Assembly: GCA_004524535.1 (NCBI GenBank) | Contig: SDNY01000015.1 | Location: 1 to 44,573 of the forward strand | DNA length: 44,573 bases | Origin: Promethearchaeota archaeon | GTDB taxonomy: Archaea; Asgardarchaeota; Lokiarchaeia; Sigyniarchaeales; SOKP01 | Direction of reading: 5' to 3' | Shown here: positions 37,690-44,573 of the stretch, in pieces | Layout of the letters: each line of letters starts with the position of its first letter | How positions within the stretch are numbered: the first letter of the stretch is position 1 | The notes under the pieces: model-generated | The model's database searches: none | What the model saw: the letters and a program-made list of their open reading frames with translations, nothing else | Told to the model about the DNA's origin: nothing | Translations under genes and position numbers: made by a program

Positions 37690-39081
37690 ATGATTTTACA
37701 GAATGCTAAGATTTATTCTGATGGCATAATACGTAAAGGCGCACTTCTTATCAACAAGGGAATTATTCAATCAATTTGTTTTGATCCTTCTGTAGAAGAT
37801 TATAATTTTATCACTAAAAATAATGATGATGGAAAAGAAATTAATTGCGAAAATAAATTAATTATCCCGGGAATTATCGATATTCATTCTCATTTACGTG
37901 ATATGGATCAATCCCAAAAAGAAACATTTTTAACAGGAACGAAAGCAGCTGCGTTTTCTGGAATAACAACTGTTTTTAATATGCCTAATACAAAACCTCC
38001 CGCAATCTCCGCCAAACAAGTTAAGAAATGGATGGATAAGGCTCAAAAAAATATTCATGTAGATGTCGGATTTATTGCAGGAGTCCCTAAAGGAATCAAT
38101 TTTGAAGAAATTATTAAAATTATAGATTTAGGTGTAATTGGGTTTAAGATATACCCACTTAGTTCTTTGAATGAAGTTGATTGGACTGACTGGTTAAATA
38201 TTCAAAAACTTCTTCATATCTCATCAAAATTCCAAATTCCTATTTTTATTCACCCCGATTGGGTGATAACTGAGGATAAAAAAGAGGAAATTCTTCAAAA
38301 AAACACATTAGAAAATTACAATGCACTAGAATTACATAATATGCTTTATCCATGTCAAATGGAAGCAAAATATGTGAATTTTATTCTTGAAAATTATTAT
38401 AAAATTATTGCTGATAATGATTTAGATTCTAAAAATTATCCAATCATTCATTTCTGTCATATAAGTTGTAGAGACAGTTATTCTCTAATAAAAAAAGCAA
38501 TAAATAAATATAATAACTTAAAAATAACATTTGAAATTACACCTCACCACATACTTTTGTCAAATAAGATTAAACTAAGTAATGATAATTATGGTAAAGT
38601 TTTGCCTCCTTTAAGAGATGAGAATCATTCACAGTTTTTATTAAATGAATTAAAAGATGGAAAAATACAATTAATTGGAACTGATCACGCCCCACATACA
38701 CTAAAAGAAAAATCAGAAGATTTTTCTGATGCACCTTCAGGATTTCCGGGATTTGAAACCTATCCACTTTTATTACTTAATAAAGTATGCCATTTTGAAT
38801 TATCATTAGAAAATTTTGTAAAGGCAGCGTCAGAACAGCCAGCAAAACAATTTAAATTAAAAAATAAAGGATTTATAAAAGTAGGCTATGTTGCTGATTT
38901 ATTGATTATTGATAAAATTCCACAATTTAAAATTAATTGTCAAAATTTTAAAACTAAGGCAAAATTTTCACCATTCGAAAACTTTGAAACAAACATCCAA
39001 ATTTGGAAAGTATTTTTAAGAGGAGTAGAAATTAATATTGAAAATTCCAAACCAATGGGATCGATAATAAAATTCCTATAA
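37690..39081 (+). CDS. pyrC: Dihydroorotase family amidohydrolase
   Basis: PGIIDIHSHLRD, MPNTKP, GFKIY, HFCHIS, EITPHH, PPLR, GTDHAPH, KAKFSPFE. Confidence 0.9.
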   Translation: MILQNAKIYSDGIIRKGALLINKGIIQSICFDPSVEDYNFITKNNDDGKEINCENKLIIPGIIDIHSHLRDMDQSQKETFLTGTKAAAFSGITTVFNMPNTKPPAISAKQVKKWMDKAQKNIHVDVGFIAGVPKGINFEEIIKIIDLGVIGFKIYPLSSLNEVDWTDWLNIQKLLHISSKFQIPIFIHPDWVITEDKKEEILQKNTLENYNALELHNMLYPCQMEAKYVNFILENYYKIIADNDLDSKNYPIIHFCHISCRDSYSLIKKAINKYNNLKITFEITPHHILLSNKIKLSNDNYGKVLPPLRDENHSQFLLNELKDGKIQLIGTDHAPHTLKEKSEDFSDAPSGFPGFETYPLLLLNKVCHFELSLENFVKAASEQPAKQFKLKNKGFIKVGYVADLLIIDKIPQFKINCQNFKTKAKFSPFENFETNIQIWKVFLRGVEINIENSKPMGSIIKFL

Positions 39082-39139
39082 AATATAAAATATCAAGCAA
39101 CTTAATTATACATGTTAAGAAATTTTTTAGGAGAAGATT

Positions 39140-39769
39140 ATGTCAAACGAGGAGAAATTTAGTGTAGAAGAGGGAAAGATGCTTATCAATTTTGCGAGGG
39201 AAAATATAGAAAATTACCTAAAAAATAATAAAAGAATAGGTGTTCCCGACGAAATTAAACAAAAGTTCGCAAACAAATATGGAGCATTTGTAACTTTAAA
39301 TAAGTTCAATGTAGAAGGCAATCCTTTAAGAGGATGCATTGGTTATATTGAACCTACTTATCCTTTATATGAGGTGATTCATAGAGTTTCAATTAGTTCA
39401 GCTACAGAAGATCCTCGTTTCCGTTCAGTTAGATTAGAAGATATGGACAATATTGTAATCGAAATATCTTTATTAACTCCGCCTAAACAAATTGAAGTAA
39501 ACAATCCTAAAGAGTATCTCGAAAAAATCGTTATTGGAAGGGATGGACTTATAGCAGAGAAGGGAATGCGACGCGGTTTATTACTTCCCCAGGTTCCAGT
39601 CGATCACGATCGGAACTGGGATGTTGAAACCTTTCTCAACCATACTTGTCAAAAAGCATGGCTTCCCCAAGATGCTTGGAAAGATTTAGATACTAAAATT
39701 TATTCATTTCAAGCTATCTTGTTTGAAGAAAAAACGCCAAGAGGCGAAGTTGAGAGAAAATATATATAA
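39140..39769 (+). CDS. AMMECR1-domain protein
   Basis: GAFVTL, LRGCIG, EDPRF, EISLLTPP, GLLLPQV. Confidence 0.95.
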   Translation: MSNEEKFSVEEGKMLINFARENIENYLKNNKRIGVPDEIKQKFANKYGAFVTLNKFNVEGNPLRGCIGYIEPTYPLYEVIHRVSISSATEDPRFRSVRLEDMDNIVIEISLLTPPKQIEVNNPKEYLEKIVIGRDGLIAEKGMRRGLLLPQVPVDHDRNWDVETFLNHTCQKAWLPQDAWKDLDTKIYSFQAILFEEKTPRGEVERKYI

Positions 39770-39807
39770 CAAAATAAAAAAAATTAAAATTCAAGAAGTG
39801 AAAAAAT

Positions 39808-41280
39808 TTGAAAGCTGAATTAATTGAGTATGACGCTACTAGTTTAGGAGAAATGGTCCGAGAACGAAAAGTTAAATCATCCGAATTAGTAGAGATGACT
39901 ATCGAGCGAATTGAGCGAGTTAATCCTAAACTCAATTCTGTAATTTATAAAATGTATGATGAGGCACGTAAAAATGCAGAAAAATGGGATAAGGAAATTA
40001 GTACAGGTAAAAAAATTGATGCTCTTTTTAGTGGGATACCATTCCTTTTAAAAGATATTTGTGCAGAATATGAAGGAACACCTTACTGTTCAGGCGCTAA
40101 ACTCCTCAAAGGAAATATTTCAAAATGGGATACAGAGCTAGTGAAACGTCATAAAGCTGCTGGATTAATTGTAGTTGGTAAAACTAATACTCCTGAATTT
40201 GGTATTCTTCCCACTACAGAACCCGTCTTATTTGGACCGACAAGAAACCCTTGGGATCTAAATATAACATCAGGAGGGTCGAGTGGTGGTTCAGCCGCAG
40301 CTGTAGCCGCTGGAATCGTCCCAATGACCCATGGAAACGATGGAGGGGGCTCAATTCGTATCCCCGCCTCTTGTTGTGGAGTCTTTGGTCTGAAGCCTAC
40401 TCGCGCTCGGAACCCTCTCGGTCCACGTTATGGTGATATTGGCAGCGGAATAGTCTCAGAACACGCACTTACTCGCACAGTAAGAGATTCAGCAGCATTA
40501 TTGGATGCAACATCAGGACCAGACATAGGAGATCCTTACTTTGCGCCGCCAAAAAAACGCCCTTATTTAGAAGAAATTCGTCATGAAGTGGGGCGTTTAA
40601 AAATTGGATATTTAACTTCCGTTCCTAAGGGATGGAGTTCCAATACTAAAGTTCATCCAGATTGCGAGAAAGCAGTAAAAGATGTCGCTCAACTATGTGA
40701 AAGTTTAGGACATAATGTTGTAGATGTAAATCCAGAGGAATTAAGTTATACAAATCTTTTCACGGCTTTTAGTGTTATGTATATTTCCATTACTGGTTCG
40801 AGTTTAACATATATAGAAAAAGAATTAGGGACCAAGATTACAGAAGACCAAATGGAACCTTTGACTTGGTTATTTTATCAAAATGCGGTAAGACGAACTG
40901 CTTCTGATTATTTACTAGCATTAGAAGAATGCCAGCTCTTTTCACGGAAAATAGCACAATGGTTTCATAAAGGTGGATATGATTTATTACTCACTCCGAC
41001 AATGTCCATTCCTCCAGTAAAGATTGGATCCTTTACGGCAGAGAATATAGGTAAATCTTTCCAGTTAATGAGTCAAATGAGTGCTTTTACTAGTATCTTT
41101 AATATAACAGGTCAACCAGCCATGTCCGTTCCATTATATTGGAATGCTGATAATTTACCAATAGGCCTTCAATTCGCAGGTCGTTTTGGTGATGAAGCCA
41201 CTCTTTTCCGTTTAGCAGCTCAATTAGAGCAAGAAAGACCTTGGATTGATCGAAAACCTTCGATCTACTGTAGCCATTAA
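39808..41280 (+). CDS. Amidase signature family enzyme
   Basis: [36 protein letters not shown]. Confidence 0.95.
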   Translation: MKAELIEYDATSLGEMVRERKVKSSELVEMTIERIERVNPKLNSVIYKMYDEARKNAEKWDKEISTGKKIDALFSGIPFLLKDICAEYEGTPYCSGAKLLKGNISKWDTELVKRHKAAGLIVVGKTNTPEFGILPTTEPVLFGPTRNPWDLNITSGGSSGGSAAAVAAGIVPMTHGNDGGGSIRIPASCCGVFGLKPTRARNPLGPRYGDIGSGIVSEHALTRTVRDSAALLDATSGPDIGDPYFAPPKKRPYLEEIRHEVGRLKIGYLTSVPKGWSSNTKVHPDCEKAVKDVAQLCESLGHNVVDVNPEELSYTNLFTAFSVMYISITGSSLTYIEKELGTKITEDQMEPLTWLFYQNAVRRTASDYLLALEECQLFSRKIAQWFHKGGYDLLLTPTMSIPPVKIGSFTAENIGKSFQLMSQMSAFTSIFNITGQPAMSVPLYWNADNLPIGLQFAGRFGDEATLFRLAAQLEQERPWIDRKPSIYCSH

Positions 41281-41389
41281 TTTTAACTCCAATTGAGACT
41301 GATTTTGGATTTTCAAAATCTATAACATTAGGCACCAGTTTCTATAAAAACACTATTTTCTCTTTTTATTTTTATTAGGATAAATTTGG

Positions 41390-42106
41390 TTATTTACTTA
41401 ATGCTTCTAAAGCTATTTTTGTTGATATCTCTGCTTCTTCTGTTGTAACCATTCCTATAGTAACAGCACTAATATTATGTTTTGAGATGTATTCGTATGC
41501 TTTTTTTGGATCCAATTTTCCCGCAGCTAGAGTTTTCATACCAACAAACGAGCAATTTTTAGTATTGTTGACAATCTCTTCTAAATTCCTTTTATTGCCC
41601 ATTAACATTCCTCTTTTATTAAATGGAATTAAAAAAACTCTCACATCTGGTAGATTCTCAAGAGCATATTCTAAAGTAGAAACAGGATTATGAGCAGCAA
41701 TGCCTGGAATAACTCCTCGAGATTTAATCTCATCAACCATTTTAACGAGTTTATCATCCTTTTTATCTGAAACAATACCATGAGCAAAAATTATTTTTGC
41801 CTCAATATCAATTAAATCTTCAATTAATGGATCGGGGCCTGGAAAAGTAGACCCAGTTACTACGAAATCGTTGTGTGTTTCTTTCATTATTTTAGTTGCT
41901 TCACTTATCTTACCTACAGGCACTATTTCTATTCCCCGCCCTCCTGCTTTATAACATGCTTCTAAAATTTCAAGCATAGCATCCACATTGTTTATGAATT
42001 TCTTACGGTAAATGCGCGCATTTTTTCCAAACTGACCCGCTCCCAGAAAAGGAGAAGTTCCTGTAGAAACGAGAGGAATATCAACTCCTTCAATTTTACA
42101 AAAAAT
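41390..42106 (-). CDS. Conserved archaeal TIM-barrel protein (aldo/keto reductase-like)
   Basis: GIAAHNP, LIPFNKRG, GMKTLAAGK, VTIGM; frame open 40 codons upstream of 41986 including GTSPFLGAGQFG; probable ATT start behind AGGTG. Confidence 0.7.
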   Translation of the reverse strand: MFCKIEGVDIPLVSTGTSPFLGAGQFGKNARIYRKKFINNVDAMLEILEACYKAGGRGIEIVPVGKISEATKIMKETHNDFVVTGSTFPGPDPLIEDLIDIEAKIIFAHGIVSDKKDDKLVKMVDEIKSRGVIPGIAAHNPVSTLEYALENLPDVRVFLIPFNKRGMLMGNKRNLEEIVNNTKNCSFVGMKTLAAGKLDPKKAYEYISKHNISAVTIGMVTTEEAEISTKIALEALSK

Positions 42107-42320
42107 TCAGTATACACCTTATATAAATTTAATACAATCTAAATTGATTCCTATTAATATAACATTCTAATTTTGTGTATATATAATTAATAGTCTTAAA
42201 AATAAAATATTAATATTTAGAAATATTCTAAAAACTTACTGATAATTAAACTCGTTCTTTCTAATTATATTAGAAATCTAATTTAACTTTTTATTATTAT
42301 AAATAACGAAGTAAACTAAT

Positions 42321-44330
42321 ATGTCACAGATAAATGGTGTTATTGTCCCTTCAATCATATTTTTTGATGAAAACTCTCAAATAGATTTTGAATTAAATTC
42401 AGTTTTATTTAAGCATATTTTCTTAAATGGGGCTAATGCAATTTTAATTTTTAATACTATAGATGAATATTTTAAAGATAATATCGATCAACAAATAAAA
42501 CTCATTAAAAAAGCATATAAATCTACAGAAAATAAAATTCCACTAATGTTAGGGATTAATGGAGAAGAATTGGATGATATAATTGAACAAGTCGAAGTTT
42601 TAGGTAAAAAATTCAATGAGCTTAATTTTATTTTTACACCACAATTCTCGGAAAAAAGGAACTCTAGTGAATTAAAATCGTATTTTGAAAATATTTTAAG
42701 TTCTTTAACACTTGAGAATCCTATTTTTTTATATAATAATCCCCTTCAGTTTGCTCGCAACGAAATTGAACCCGAGATTTTGAGAAATTTAGTAGAATTT
42801 CCAAATCTTAAAGGTATAATTGATGCATCTGATAAAATTAATTTTTATAAAGCTAATATTAATCTTTTAAATGAGAATTTTTCAGTTTTTTGCAGTAATC
42901 CTGCTAAATTTTCTACTTTTCTTCAATTAATTCCTAAAGATAAACGAAAATATTCTGGGATTGTACCTAGTGTTGGTAATTTAGTAAATTTAGGTGCAAA
43001 ATTATTTAAAGCGGCACTCGAGGATAATATTTTAGAAATAATTCAAATACAAGAGTTAATCAATGATATTAGAGATAAAATTTATTTTAAATCTGAAAAA
43101 GGACAAAGATTTTTTGGATTAAAATACGCTTTTCTTTATTTATATAGGGATTTATTATCCATTAATTTAGACGATTATCATTTTGACCTTGATAATACAA
43201 GTAAAGATGTAATTGAAGCAACGGTCAATTATTTGATAAACCAAAAGCATATATATCAATTATATTCCGTAAATAAAGAAGAAATTTATCGATTAGACGA
43301 AGTAATTAAACTTTTTTCAGATATTCCGATTTTAAATGAACAGGGTAAAATTAAGAAGATTAAGGGTCCACTTCATGGTACATTTAATACAAATTATAGA
43401 GTAAATTTCGAAGATTCACAATTTCTTTTCAGATTTCGAACTTCAGAATCATTCCCGTATGAGAATATAGTAAAAGAAAAACTATTATTTCCCTTTTTAG
43501 GAGATCTTAATCCTAACTCTTTTAAAAAAATTGATCAAATTATAAAATCACAAAAAGGAAGTTATATTTTTAATAAACAAAAACCACCTAAAGTTCCTAT
43601 AGGAAATTTGATTTATTATGATGAGACTAAACAAAAAATCCCATATATCTTCACAATAATTGATTATATACATGGAAAACCAATGAATCAAATAATAAAG
43701 CAATATTTAGAAAAAAATCAAAGCATTACAACTACAAAATTTTTAAATTTATTTAGTAATTTAGGAGAAAATTTGGCTAAATTACACGATATTAAATTCG
43801 ATTCGTTCTATGAAAAAATTACAGATATAGGATCTAAAAGAAAAAAAACTTGGTTTGAGATAATTAATGCGGAATTAGAATATGAGATTCAAGAGGCGAA
43901 AAAGAGTAAATTGGAAAATATTAAAGAAATTGAAGATTATTTTATGGATAATATGGCGCTAATTGAAGAGGAGATCGAAGCTGTGGTAGTACATAACGAT
44001 TATCAAGCCCAAAACATAATCGTAAAAGATGAATCAGGAATTATTCGAATAAATGGACTAATTGATTTCGACGATTGGCGGATAGGGGTTCGTACTCTGG
44101 ATTTTGTAAAGTTTAATCTTCAAACTTTGAAACAACTGGGAGAAATAAAATTAAAGGAAGCATTTTTCGATAGCTATGCTCGATATTGGAACCATACAAT
44201 AGATAAAAAATTTGAAAAAAAAATTGAAATCTATACCCTTTTATGGCTTCTAAAGGTTTATAATAGCTCTGAGGATACCAAATATAAACCTTACTTATTT
44301 GAAATAAAAAAAATTTTAGACATCAATTAG
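42321..44330 (+). CDS. Fusion of a degenerate DapA-like aldolase domain and an APH/choline-kinase-like phosphotransferase
   Basis: N-half INGVIVP..FDENSQID, LYNNP, PNLKGIIDAS; C-half DYIHG, LAKLH, VHNDYQAQNI, GLIDFD. Confidence 0.8.
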   Translation: MSQINGVIVPSIIFFDENSQIDFELNSVLFKHIFLNGANAILIFNTIDEYFKDNIDQQIKLIKKAYKSTENKIPLMLGINGEELDDIIEQVEVLGKKFNELNFIFTPQFSEKRNSSELKSYFENILSSLTLENPIFLYNNPLQFARNEIEPEILRNLVEFPNLKGIIDASDKINFYKANINLLNENFSVFCSNPAKFSTFLQLIPKDKRKYSGIVPSVGNLVNLGAKLFKAALEDNILEIIQIQELINDIRDKIYFKSEKGQRFFGLKYAFLYLYRDLLSINLDDYHFDLDNTSKDVIEATVNYLINQKHIYQLYSVNKEEIYRLDEVIKLFSDIPILNEQGKIKKIKGPLHGTFNTNYRVNFEDSQFLFRFRTSESFPYENIVKEKLLFPFLGDLNPNSFKKIDQIIKSQKGSYIFNKQKPPKVPIGNLIYYDETKQKIPYIFTIIDYIHGKPMNQIIKQYLEKNQSITTTKFLNLFSNLGENLAKLHDIKFDSFYEKITDIGSKRKKTWFEIINAELEYEIQEAKKSKLENIKEIEDYFMDNMALIEEEIEAVVVHNDYQAQNIIVKDESGIIRINGLIDFDDWRIGVRTLDFVKFNLQTLKQLGEIKLKEAFFDSYARYWNHTIDKKFEKKIEIYTLLWLLKVYNSSEDTKYKPYLFEIKKILDIN

Positions 44331-44573
44331 ATTTTTAAGATCACTAATTAACTTGTTAATCTCTTCTTTATCCATATCAAAACTTACCTTTCCTCCTCCT
44401 GGATGTTTAAAAGTAAGTTCATATTTATAATTCTTCTTAGATACCATCCATTTTTTCCCTTTCTCCATTACGTCTGAAGGAGCAAGCCAATCATCAGGGT
44501 TAAATTCTGCAATTTGGATTAATACACCAAATGCGTCTCTGGGATGGATAAAAAGCTCTTTCCAAGCGTCACC
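44316..44573 (-). CDS. VOC/glyoxalase family protein (methylmalonyl-CoA epimerase-like), C-terminal fragment
   Basis: Reads GDAWKELFIHPRDAFGVLIQIAEF...HPGGGK...LKNLIDV*; runs off window; overlaps the end of the convergent gene by 15 nt. Confidence 0.75.
   Translation of the reverse strand, partial: GDAWKELFIHPRDAFGVLIQIAEFNPDDWLAPSDVMEKGKKWMVSKKNYKYELTFKHPGGGKVSFDMDKEEINKLISDLKNLIDV

Noticed and set aside
379-41693. Numerous short overlapping or antisense ORFs in the track (for example 379..675, 5395..5733, 18045..18389, 36635..36925)
   Set aside because: Shadows of well-supported genes
42107-42109. In-frame TGA as possible selenocysteine
   Set aside because: Not at a Cys-like position, no plausible upstream coding sequence and no SECIS recognised
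1-44573. CRISPR arrays, tRNA/rRNA genes, IS elements
   Set aside because: No spaced repeats, GC-rich cloverleafs or transposase motifs recognised by eye

Overview
AT-rich archaeal chromosomal window, most likely an Asgard (Lokiarchaeia-like) genome; the taxonomy is my inference from protein style and gene order. It holds the conserved proteasome/exosome superoperon (psmA end, SBDS, rrp4-rrp41-rrp42, rpl37ae, pcc1, prefoldin beta, DHH), an ECF transporter module, t6A-related genes, a four-subunit 2-oxoacid:ferredoxin oxidoreductase operon, ZPR1 and a phosphofructokinase. An accessory stretch follows (about 16.3-28 kb), then HerA-like ATPase, cdc48, fen1, nob1, NAD kinase, eIF5A, srp54, TrmY-like, pyrC, AMMECR1, an amidase and a DapA-kinase fusion. 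Main discovery: the pfk gene is interrupted inside its GGGDCPG motif by a 31-nt frameshifting insert (15092-15122). The insert folds into a bulge-helix-bulge whose canonical cut sites fall exactly on the boundaries that restore the motif, so it is a candidate archaeal-type intron in a glycolytic mRNA. Second: an unannotated Ile/Leu/Val-rich 32-aa leader ORF with alternative hairpins lies upstream of the oxidoreductase operon (candidate attenuator). Several genes also appear to start at ATT/ATA/ATC. No rRNA, tRNA, CRISPR array or transposase was recognised.
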